Source: a bacterium (GTDB lineage: Bacteria; Patescibacteriota; Gracilibacteria; UM-FILTER-43-11). From it: a stretch of 64,000 bases of DNA. Both the position numbers and the translations under genes were made by a program. Below, in pieces: positions 25,711-33,995 of the stretch. Each line of letters starts with the position of its first letter. Position 1 is the stretch's first letter. The notes under the pieces are model-generated. The model was not told the origin of the DNA. It made no database searches and worked only from the letters and a program-made list of their open reading frames with translations. The stretch spans positions 14,079 through 78,078 of the forward strand of contig JAUHWS010000001.1 in the NCBI GenBank assembly GCA_030427295.1, in the 5' to 3' direction.

Positions 25711-27258
25711 TTGAATAACGCATTGATCATGGAAGAAGAAGGGCTTCAACAAATCGGCGGACCAGAAAAAACTCAAAACCCTGAAGCTAGAACGGCTGAA
25801 GAAATTCGGGCGGAGATAGACGTGCTACTCGATAAATATCGAGAGGCTTTTGAAAGAGGGGGTATTGTTGATCAGCCTAGTATTCATGATCTGGGGCCCA
25901 ATGATTTCAGAAGTCAACCATTTGGAGAATCCGGAACCGGTTATGTGATTGCAAGTGATCTGAGGCGACGGGGGTTGATAGAGGTTCCGTTCGCCGGGAG
26001 CTTAATGATTTCACAGGACACATTGTGGCAAATTCGTGAATTATTGGGTCAACCGCTCATGGACCGAGGTCGCCTACAAATTATTTTAAGTGCATTGGAA
26101 GAACATGAAGCTGTTGACGAAGACACCTTCAGTCAAATGGACATGGACCTTTTGCGCCGAGCTTTAATTAAATTTGGGAATATCGGCTATACCCCTCAGC
26201 TCTACCATGCTACAACCGGTAAATTTCTAGGAAGGCGACATTTTACTGGAGAGCGTCGCAAAGAAATCGCTGATGCGGTAGAGTTCACTGTTTTTGGCAA
26301 AGTTCGTCGTGCTTTATTTGAAAAAGGTTACGTCGATCGTGGGTCTTTAATGACAGTTGACATGAAAGAGTTTTGCCAAGAGCAATTTGAAGGGTTTGGG
26401 AGTGGGTACATGTTAATTAAGTCAATGGCAGAAGCAAATTTAATTACTGTCAATAAGGATGAAAAAAGTGGAATGCTGATTATAAATCGAAATATCTTTG
26501 CACAGATTGTTGATCGATTCGATCTTCCCAAGCTAAATAAAAGGCGGCGAATTGAGTTTTTTGCAGCCCTCGAGGAACACGGTACAACCAGCCGAATCGC
26601 ACTCCGAAAATTAAGTCGTCAATTTGAAGAGGGTTCTATTGAGCTGGGAGGATTCGAATCGGGTAAAGATTTTTATTGGAAATTAACAGGAAGACGATCT
26701 CCAGAAGGATACATTGCCTACCAGCACATGGATGAAATGGCTGACATCATGGGATTTGATTTAGTTGAAGATGCAAAAAAAGCGTTTCGCGAAAAAGGAA
26801 TTCGTAGCCAATCAGAGGTTTTGGCCATGAAAGTGAAAGAATTTTCCCGCATGGATTTCGGTAAGTACGGAACTGGGTATGAAATTGTTAAATCTTTAGC
26901 TGATGAAGGATTACTCCAGGTTGAGCGAAGGGATGGCAGTAAAGTGAGGGTCAAAAAGCCTGTATTAAAACAATTGTGTAAGCTATTAGAACTGCCACTT
27001 ATTAGCAAAAAAGAGCATGCCAAAATAAGTCATGCATTGGAAACAAAAAGAGTTGTGGACAGAGAAAGCTTAAAAGCCTTAAAAATTGATGAATTAAGAA
27101 GGGGGGGAATAAAATTTGGAGAACTTGGAACCATTCGAGCTATTTACAAAGCTATTTTTGGTGAATCAATAAAAGGTAGGCTTCAACCAAGTCACTTGGA
27201 CCAAATCGCCGATGTTATTTTCGACGGCAAAATTCCAGAAGGAGCATTGGAAAGTTAG
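25711..27258 (+). CDS. Hypothetical protein with three tandem modules of about 130 aa
   Basis: Three copies of the pattern ..F(G)xxG(T/S)GYxI(x)S(L/M)Axxx(L)(I/L)xV.. followed by ..L(x)(L/Q)P(L)..(R/K)xxIxxALE(E/T)(H/K).. at about aa 60-160, 215-300 and 375-465. TTG start at 25711, with ATG 25729 as an alternative. Confidence 0.6.
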   Translation: MNNALIMEEEGLQQIGGPEKTQNPEARTAEEIRAEIDVLLDKYREAFERGGIVDQPSIHDLGPNDFRSQPFGESGTGYVIASDLRRRGLIEVPFAGSLMISQDTLWQIRELLGQPLMDRGRLQIILSALEEHEAVDEDTFSQMDMDLLRRALIKFGNIGYTPQLYHATTGKFLGRRHFTGERRKEIADAVEFTVFGKVRRALFEKGYVDRGSLMTVDMKEFCQEQFEGFGSGYMLIKSMAEANLITVNKDEKSGMLIINRNIFAQIVDRFDLPKLNKRRRIEFFAALEEHGTTSRIALRKLSRQFEEGSIELGGFESGKDFYWKLTGRRSPEGYIAYQHMDEMADIMGFDLVEDAKKAFREKGIRSQSEVLAMKVKEFSRMDFGKYGTGYEIVKSLADEGLLQVERRDGSKVRVKKPVLKQLCKLLELPLISKKEHAKISHALETKRVVDRESLKALKIDELRRGGIKFGELGTIRAIYKAIFGESIKGRLQPSHLDQIADVIFDGKIPEGALES

Positions 27259-27278
27259 ATCGCTTTCCAGACAAAACC

Positions 27279-27307
27279 TTGCAACTTCAAGTTCCTTTAG
27301 ATAAAAT
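27279..27307 (+). promoter_or_regulatory. Sigma-70-like promoter (TTGCAA-17-TAAAAT) about 175 nt upstream of the tRNA
   Basis: TTGCAA at 27279-84, a 17-nt spacer, TAAAAT at 27302-07. Confidence 0.45.
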
Positions 27308-27481
27308 GACCAAGCTCCTTTTTTCAAAACCGCATTCCTAGAAAAAAGGGGTCCCCATGAAATGCGAAATGAATCCCGAACAAAGTGAGGGATGAATGAA
27401 TTTCGTGGGGAGGAGGAGTTCACAAAAGTTGAAGCAAATGCTGAGCAAGCAGATGCGTAAACTGAAGTGAAGCGACGACGA

Positions 27482-27558
27482 GCGCCAGTAGCTCAGGGGA
27501 TTAGAGCGTCCGGTTGCGGTCCGGGAGGTCGCAGGTTCGATTCCTGCCTGGCGCACCA
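27482..27558 (+). tRNA. tRNA-Arg (anticodon GCG), CCA encoded
   Basis: Cloverleaf read by hand: acceptor GCGCCAG/CTGGCGC, D arm GCTC-AGGGGATTA-GAGC, anticodon arm TCCGG-TTGCGGT-CCGGG, variable loop AGGTC, T arm GCAGG-TTCGATT-CCTGC, discriminator A, then CCA. Confidence 0.9.
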
Positions 27559-27682
27559 TCGCAAAATAATGCTTCAGCTTGCACATGAGTCTCATTCTAA
27601 GCCTCCTGTTTCAGCTTATGTACCATTTTGCTCTTTCCCATGAAATATGCCTTCGACTTCGCATTTTATGGGGACCTCTGAC

Positions 27683-27773
27683 TAATCGCTAATCGCTAAT
27701 CGCTAATCGCTAATCACTAATCGCTAATCACTAATCGCTAATCACTAATCACTAATCGCTAATCACTAATCGC
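27683..27773 (+). repeat. Perfect-phase heptamer microsatellite, 13 units of TAATCGC/TAATCAC
   Basis: Read directly. The order of G/A unit variants is G G G G A G A G A A G A G. Confidence 0.92.
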
Positions 27774-27873
27774 TCTTTAAAAATCATTGATATTTCCGCA
27801 AAGCCGAAAACGCACACCAGCCGAACAAAGAATTCCCCTTCCTCTCCCGCCCGCTTTACACTACAATACAGCC

Positions 27874-28521
27874 ATGATCAGCTTTCAAAATGTCAGCAAA
27901 AAATTCGGGTCGCATTTAGTGCTCGACGACATCACGTTTTACATCGATAAGAACGAATTCGTCATCCTAACTGGTTCCTCTGGGGCCGGGAAGTCCACCG
28001 TGATCGCGCTCCTCATTGGAGCTGAAAAACCCACCCATGGGGTCATCGAAGTCGACGACATGCACATCAGCGACATGGACACCTCCACCCTACAACTCCT
28101 GCGCCGAAAAATCGGAGTGGTTTATCAAGATTACAAACTCCTCGATAAAAAAACCGTTTTCGAAAACGTCGCGTTTGCCATGGAGGTCTGCAACGAAGAC
28201 GATGATAAAATCAAGGAACGCGTCCCCGAAGTGCTCGAAAAAGTCGGACTACTTCATTTTCAGGATAAATTTCCCGACGAACTTTCTGGAGGGGAAAAAC
28301 AACGCCTTTCCATCGCCCGAGCCCTCGTGCACAACCCCTACCTCATCATCGCCGATGAACCCACGGGGAACCTGGACGAAGAAAATGTTCGAGGGATCAT
28401 CCACCTCCTTCAAAAACTCCACAAAGAAGGCGCCACCGTGCTCCTGACCACCCACGATCCCAAAGTTAAAGAACTCGTCAAAGGCCGGATGTTAACGTTG
28501 GAGAAAGGGAAAATTAACTGA
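27874..28521 (+). CDS. ftsE: Cell-division ABC transporter ATP-binding protein FtsE
   Basis: Walker A GSSGAGKST, signature LSGGEKQRLSIARAL, Walker B LIIADEPTGNLD. About 215 aa from ATG 27874. No ftsX gene is adjacent. Confidence 0.85.
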   Translation: MISFQNVSKKFGSHLVLDDITFYIDKNEFVILTGSSGAGKSTVIALLIGAEKPTHGVIEVDDMHISDMDTSTLQLLRRKIGVVYQDYKLLDKKTVFENVAFAMEVCNEDDDKIKERVPEVLEKVGLLHFQDKFPDELSGGEKQRLSIARALVHNPYLIIADEPTGNLDEENVRGIIHLLQKLHKEGATVLLTTHDPKVKELVKGRMLTLEKGKIN

Positions 28522-28650
28522 TGAAGCGACTAGCGAGTAGCGACGAGCGATTAGCTAAAATAGATCTTAGAATAGAGCTAAACACTACACGCCAATCGCT
28601 AAACGCTCTAAAAATTCGTAATTCGTAATTTGTAACTCGTAATTAAAAAG
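28522..28650 (-). repeat. Box-less copy of module interior type 2 (AGCGNNN and ATTCGTA heptamer blocks)
   Basis: tgaagcgact agcgagt agcgacg agcgatt agc ... aattcgt aattcgt aatttgt aactcgt aatt aligns with the reverse complement of 31140-31270. It fills the ftsE-purM spacer. Confidence 0.75.
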
Positions 28651-29697
28651 ATGACCACCTACAAAGAATCCGGCGTTGATGTTGATTTGGGCGATCGTTG
28701 TTCCAAAATCGCCTACCAGGCGGCCAAAAATACCTTCTCGGGTCGAACTGGAATGATTGGTCAGGCCGTCACCGATGAAGGAGGATTTGCCGGACTTTTG
28801 GACATGGGCGATTTTTATTTGGTCCAGAATGACGATGGCGTGGGAACCAAAATCGAAGTGGCTGAAAAAATGAAGCAATTCGACACGCTGGGTTACGACC
28901 TGATCGCCATGGTGGCCGATGACGCAATTTGCCTGGGCGCTGAAACCATCTCCATCACCAACACCCTGGATTCTCCAGGTCTGGATGAGCCAATGATCAA
29001 AGGTCTCATGGAAGGGCTAGAAAAAGCCGCCCTAGAACAAAAAATCGTCATTCCTGGGGGTGAACTCGCTGAGCTTGGCGGGGCCCTCAACGGCAACGTA
29101 TGGAATGCTACCGCCGTGGGCATCCTCAAAAAAGATCGCGTGATTACAGGTTCGGATATCCAAGTGGGGGATGCGATTTTAGGCTTCAAATCCAAGGGCG
29201 TTCGTTCCAATGGATTGTCACTGGCGAGACACATCCTCCACAAAAACTTTGGAGACAATTGGGTCGACGAACCCTACAACGACCAAGAAACATGGGGGCA
29301 AGTCGTTCTCACTCCCTCCAAAATCTACAGCCGCGCTCTACTCAATATCATCGGCACCTTCGACGAACCCAAAGCCCACTTCATCAAAGGCCTGGTTCAC
29401 AACACAGGCGGAGGCATCAAGGGCAACTTACCTCGACTTCTCAAAAAACAGGACTTCGGAGCCACGCTGGACCACCTGATTCAACCACACCCTTTCATGC
29501 TCAAATTGATGGAATTGGGCAGTGTTTCCTTTGAAGAAGCTTACAAAACCTGGAACATGGGTGTCGGCATGATGGCCGTTTGCCACCAGGATAAGGCCGA
29601 TGAGCTCATCGCTCAACTCCGCGAAAATAACATCGACGCTCAGATCATTGGAGACGTGACTGATACAGGAAACATTGAATTCGTGTATCCCCATTAG
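28651..29697 (+). CDS. purM: Phosphoribosylformylglycinamidine cyclo-ligase (AIR synthetase)
   Basis: TYKESGVDVDLGD.., DDGVGTKIEVA, PGGELAE: the PurM family pattern. Confidence 0.88.
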   Translation: MTTYKESGVDVDLGDRCSKIAYQAAKNTFSGRTGMIGQAVTDEGGFAGLLDMGDFYLVQNDDGVGTKIEVAEKMKQFDTLGYDLIAMVADDAICLGAETISITNTLDSPGLDEPMIKGLMEGLEKAALEQKIVIPGGELAELGGALNGNVWNATAVGILKKDRVITGSDIQVGDAILGFKSKGVRSNGLSLARHILHKNFGDNWVDEPYNDQETWGQVVLTPSKIYSRALLNIIGTFDEPKAHFIKGLVHNTGGGIKGNLPRLLKKQDFGATLDHLIQPHPFMLKLMELGSVSFEEAYKTWNMGVGMMAVCHQDKADELIAQLRENNIDAQIIGDVTDTGNIEFVYPH

Positions 29698-29726
29698 ACA
29701 TCAGAAATTAGCCATCAGACATCAAA
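29698..29726 (+). repeat. Heptamer word array (acatcag aaattag ccatcag acatcaa) filling the entire purM / DUF1704 spacer
   Basis: Begins at the nt after the purM TAG and ends at the ATG at 29727. Related words (agacatc/agacatt) recur at 56471-56554. Confidence 0.7.
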
Positions 29727-31088
29727 ATGCAGTCTAAAAAAACCCACACCACTCCACTCGACACCCAATGGCTTGCTCAATTCGAACCCCTGGGAGCCTT
29801 TCAAGCTCACCAATTTTTTTCAAATGTCAAAGGGGGATTGTCCACGATTAAAAAATCATTTCTTTCAGATGAAATCGAAAACCCCCATTTTGAGTACATA
29901 GACATCAATCCCTCCGATTTGGATGAGAAGAAGCAAGCACTCCTGGATCTAAAAAAAGAACTGCTCAAAAGCGAAAAAAATGAGGTGGTTCAATCGGCTT
30001 ACGAATGGAAAATTGACGAGAAGCTTACTGAGCTCAAACTCCTTCAAGCCGTCTTGCAAAACGACATGGAGACATTTCAGAAAACCAACGAATCACTCTA
30101 TGGCTCACCCGCTCCCGACTTATTTGCTCACAGTCTCCAAGTCATCCACCATGAAATCCAGGTCGCTCAAAATCCCGATCATGCTGATTTAATGCACGCG
30201 GCCACTGATTTAAAAGAGAAGCTCCCACCACTTTCTTCCACCAAAACCGAGATTGCCCTGCCGTCTAAAACACGGATTGAAAGCATCAAAGTTTATGTCC
30301 AAAAACAACTCCAGCTTCTTTTAGGCGAAGCGTATGAAAGTCTTCAAGAAGGCATCCAAGCGAAAAAAAATTATTCAAATGTCGAATTAAAAGCTCTTTT
30401 TCAAAGCGTTTTAGGGCATCTAAACGCCAATGATTGGACGGTCATTGCTCATGATCATTCGGAACGGGGTGTTTTTAGTATCGATCAAGGCAAAAAAGAC
30501 ATTCACATCCCCGAACGTGTTTACCCTGCCCAACGGGTTCTCGAGCTGGTGGCACACGAAATTGGTGTCCATGTTGTCAGGCGACTTCATGGAGATCGGG
30601 CCCCCCTCAAACTTCTAAGTATTGGCCTCGATCGTTACACACGAGGGGACGAAGGCTTGGCAGCCACCTTGGAAGATGCCATCAAACCAGAGCTCCACGA
30701 TTTTTTTGGTCTCGATCGCTACCTGGCCATCAGTTTAGCACTAGGATTGGATGGTAAAAAAAGAAATTTTAGGCAGGTCTTCGAGATCATGAAATCCTTT
30801 CACATTTTTAGGGGATGGCAAGCCAATCTCCCCTCCGAAAAAATTCCCGAACTTGCTCAAGAAAAAGCCTGGATGAATACCTACCGCACGTTCCGAGGCA
30901 CCAATGGTCAGCAAGCCGGTTTTTGCTACACCAAAGACATGCTTTACCGCGAAGGAAATATTGGCGTTTGGGATCTCCTAGCAAATGTCCCCACGTCTAA
31001 TGTGGAAGATCACATTGAAACACTCCTCCTCGGAAAATACGATCCCCTCAACTCTCGCCATCAATGGGTGATGGAGCAATTGGGGTGA
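29727..31088 (+). CDS. DUF1704 (QEGLA-motif, MATCAP-like) putative metallocarboxypeptidase
   Basis: HEIGVHVVR zinc-binding-like motif and RGDEGLAATLE (QEGLA-type motif). Confidence 0.7.
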   Translation: MQSKKTHTTPLDTQWLAQFEPLGAFQAHQFFSNVKGGLSTIKKSFLSDEIENPHFEYIDINPSDLDEKKQALLDLKKELLKSEKNEVVQSAYEWKIDEKLTELKLLQAVLQNDMETFQKTNESLYGSPAPDLFAHSLQVIHHEIQVAQNPDHADLMHAATDLKEKLPPLSSTKTEIALPSKTRIESIKVYVQKQLQLLLGEAYESLQEGIQAKKNYSNVELKALFQSVLGHLNANDWTVIAHDHSERGVFSIDQGKKDIHIPERVYPAQRVLELVAHEIGVHVVRRLHGDRAPLKLLSIGLDRYTRGDEGLAATLEDAIKPELHDFFGLDRYLAISLALGLDGKKRNFRQVFEIMKSFHIFRGWQANLPSEKIPELAQEKAWMNTYRTFRGTNGQQAGFCYTKDMLYREGNIGVWDLLANVPTSNVEDHIETLLLGKYDPLNSRHQWVMEQLG

Positions 31089-31102
31089 GAGTGTGCACTT
31101 AG

Positions 31103-31343
31103 GTATATACTTTGGGTTGGGGTGGGTATATACTTTCGCCTCAATTACGAGTTACTAATTACGAATTACGAGTTTATTTTTTGAGCGTATAGCGATCAGC
31201 GTATAGCGTTTAGCTTTTTAAAATAAGGTTTTTAGCTAATCGCTACTCGCTATTCGCTAATCGCTTGTTGAAAAATGTATTGAGATGGTGCTCAGCATTT
31301 TGAAGAGGGTGAGTATATAGTTGAGGCGAGGATGAGTATATAC
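31103..31343 (+). repeat. GTATATAC double-box module M3 (interior type 2)
   Basis: Boxes at 31103-10, 31126-33, 31313-20 (GTATATAG) and 31336-43. The interior has ATTACGA x4, AGCGNNN x5 and CGCTANT x4 heptamer blocks, homologous to 50039-50270. Confidence 0.85.
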
Positions 31344-31404
31344 TCTTGGCACTCTCCTAAAATTATGTTAGCCTAAAGGCACTTTATTAACCTATTTTTT
31401 CTTT

Positions 31405-32082
31405 ATGGAAAACCAAGCTTTATTCGACGACATCAAACAAAAAATTGACGAAAAACACATGCTCAACCACCCGTTCTACCAAGTGTGGTCCAAAGGAACC
31501 TTGACTAAAGAAGAGTTGGCGGATTACTTGGCTCAATATTTTTATCTCGAAGCAGCCTTCCCACGCTTCATGAGTGGGCTCCATGCGCGCACCCTCGACG
31601 CGGACATGCGTCAAAAAATGTTGGACAATCTCGTTCATGAAGAAATGGGTCCCAACAATCACGTCGCACAACTCGTCCATCTCGCGGAAAAAGCCTTCGG
31701 GATGACCAAAGAAATGATCATGGAAATTGGCCCCAACGAAAAGACCAAAGCCATCATTAAAGCTTTCGAAGAAGCCACTCAATCGGACGACATTCAAGAA
31801 GGATTGGCAGCCATGATCGTTTACAAACAACAAGTTTCTGACGTGGCTCAAACCAAGCTCGACGGACTCAAAGAGCACTACGGGGTCACGGATCAAAAGT
31901 CTCTTGAATTCTACGAAACTCATGCCGAAATCAACCGTGACTACCACCAAATGCTCGATCAAGTGTACCAACCCCTTTCTCGCGACAAGGTGCTCAAAAA
32001 AACCGAAACCATCCGCGATGCCTTCTGGGGCTTTTTGGATGGCGTGACCACTCCAGAAATTCTAGAACGCTGCGAGATGTAA
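31405..32082 (+). CDS. Heme-oxygenase-like di-iron oxidase (CADD/PqqC/TenA-like family)
   Basis: HPFYQVWSKGTLTKEELADYLAQYFYLEAAFPRFMS..HEEMGPNNH: the pattern of CADD/PqqC-like proteins. Confidence 0.7.
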   Translation: MENQALFDDIKQKIDEKHMLNHPFYQVWSKGTLTKEELADYLAQYFYLEAAFPRFMSGLHARTLDADMRQKMLDNLVHEEMGPNNHVAQLVHLAEKAFGMTKEMIMEIGPNEKTKAIIKAFEEATQSDDIQEGLAAMIVYKQQVSDVAQTKLDGLKEHYGVTDQKSLEFYETHAEINRDYHQMLDQVYQPLSRDKVLKKTETIRDAFWGFLDGVTTPEILERCEM

Positions 32083-32203
32083 TCATTACTCATCACTGAA
32101 AAGAACTTAAAGTCAGCCCTGCCTTAAGTGGATAGGGCTGATTTGACATGTAGATAAATTTATGAAATAATCAATCCCAAAAACATGCTCAATTGATTAA
32201 AGA

Positions 32204-32854
32204 ATGATGGATGAACTCCAAAGCAATCCTCTTATAGAGGTAGGTTGGGCAAGTTACGAAGAGTATTTTGGTCGACAAGAACAAGAAGTCGCTGCTTTCA
32301 GGGATCACGTCATGACCACTTTGGAGCGGGTTTATGGCGATCAACCAGAACGATTTCGCCAACGACTCCATGAAATCTTAGAATTGGGAATGCAGGTCAA
32401 GAACGATTTAATAAAGCGCTACTTCAGGGTGGCCTGCTTAGCAGAAGGGGAGGACAGGGAGCTTTCCCCCGAAGAGGTTTTGCAGATCATTGGTGAAAGA
32501 CCTTTAAAAAGAGGTGACAAGATTTATCATTTTTCAGCCATCAAACGCGCTATTGGATTTGAGGGGCACAAACGCATGTATTTTTCCTCATCACCAAATC
32601 GCCGTGATGTTGAAGCGGATAACTTGAATAAAGCGGAAATGAAAGGTTTGAGTATTTGGCGGCACACTTGCGTAGTTCAAGAGCCCGACAGTATCATAGA
32701 TCATGATGCACATGCTTTAACCGCAGAAAGTAGGGATAGTTTAATTCGAGAATATATATTGGGTAAGCTAAAAGAAGAGGCAAGGTGGTATATTGTTCAG
32801 AAGAAAGGTGCCATCAAAGTTGTCTTGGTTGAGAAAGTGTTAGAAGAAGACTAA
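32204..32854 (+). CDS. Hypothetical protein (ORFan)
   Basis: 216-aa ORF with no recognisable motif. Confidence 0.5.
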   Translation: MMDELQSNPLIEVGWASYEEYFGRQEQEVAAFRDHVMTTLERVYGDQPERFRQRLHEILELGMQVKNDLIKRYFRVACLAEGEDRELSPEEVLQIIGERPLKRGDKIYHFSAIKRAIGFEGHKRMYFSSSPNRRDVEADNLNKAEMKGLSIWRHTCVVQEPDSIIDHDAHALTAESRDSLIREYILGKLKEEARWYIVQKKGAIKVVLVEKVLEED

Positions 32855-32924
32855 GTATCTTTACCTCATGTCTTTTTTCTGCTAAGCTAGAGCTCCGGGT
32901 CTTACTTCATCATTCCATCAATTC

Positions 32925-33995
32925 ATGGCAGACCCGTACCGTTTTTTCTGGGCCCAGTGGGGGATTCTCAAGCTCAAATCGCTCCGCGCCATTCTTCAAT
33001 TATTTGGCTCTTTTGAACGTGCCTGGAAAAAAACCATGCCCGAGCACCTCCGCCACCTCAATTTACGGGAGGACACCATCAAACGCGCCTTCGAACAGCG
33101 AGACAGTCAGACCTTTCAAAACGCCATCTCCATTGCCGACGAGCTCAACATTCAACTCCTTTTTGTCGACGACGAAAACTACCCTCACCTTCTCAAGCAA
33201 CTCGACACCGCGCCTCCATTCCTTTTTGTACGAGGAAGACTTCCCAGCTTCCACAAGTCCATGGCCATCGTAGGCACTCGGGCTGCCACCGATTATGGGC
33301 GGCGCATCACGCAAAAGCTCACCACCGATTTGGTCCACGAAGGCTTTGTGATTGTCAGTGGTTTGGCCCTAGGGATCGATGCCGCCGCCCACCGTGCCAC
33401 CCTCCAAAGCAAGGGCATCACCGTGGCTGTTTTGGGATCTGGCGTCGATCAAATTTATCCCCGCAGTCACCATCGCCTCGCCTCCGAAATGCTAGAATCC
33501 GGTGGTGCCCTGGTCTCCACCTATCCCATCGGCACCCTCCCCGAAACCTATCACTTCCCTCAACGCAACGAAATTGTGGCCGGGCTCACCCGAGGCACCC
33601 TCGTGATCGAAGGGGGTATCAAGTCTGGCGCCCTCATCACGGCCAAGCTCGCCCTCGAACAAGGTCGAGAGGTTTTTGCCGTGCCCGGCAATGTCACTCA
33701 ATTGGGGCTCAGCGGCACCAATCATCTCATCCGAAATGGGGAAGCCAAACTCATCGAAAATGTCGATCACCTCATTGACGATTTAGGATTCAAAACCAGC
33801 GAAAAAAAACCTCAAGCCCACGACTTCAACTCCGACGAGCGCAAAATCCTCGAATCCCTCTCCACCCAAGCCAAAAACGTTGACCAACTCTTTGCTTGCA
33901 CCGAATTTGACATTCCTCAACTCTCCGAACACCTCCTCAACCTGCAACTCAAAGGTGCCATTGCTCAACAAGGCGAGCGGTGGGTACTTGTTTAA
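32925..33995 (+). CDS. dprA: DNA-processing protein A
   Basis: MAIVGTRAATDYGRRIT..GFVIVSGLALGIDAAAHRATL..EIVAGLTRGTLVIEGGIKSGALITAKLALEQGREVFAVPG, with a C-terminal winged-helix-like domain. Confidence 0.92.
   Translation: MADPYRFFWAQWGILKLKSLRAILQLFGSFERAWKKTMPEHLRHLNLREDTIKRAFEQRDSQTFQNAISIADELNIQLLFVDDENYPHLLKQLDTAPPFLFVRGRLPSFHKSMAIVGTRAATDYGRRITQKLTTDLVHEGFVIVSGLALGIDAAAHRATLQSKGITVAVLGSGVDQIYPRSHHRLASEMLESGGALVSTYPIGTLPETYHFPQRNEIVAGLTRGTLVIEGGIKSGALITAKLALEQGREVFAVPGNVTQLGLSGTNHLIRNGEAKLIENVDHLIDDLGFKTSEKKPQAHDFNSDERKILESLSTQAKNVDQLFACTEFDIPQLSEHLLNLQLKGAIAQQGERWVLV

Noticed and set aside
27338-27595. 85-aa minus-strand ORF.
   Set aside because: It runs antisense straight through the tRNA-Arg gene, so it is an artefact of the ORF caller.
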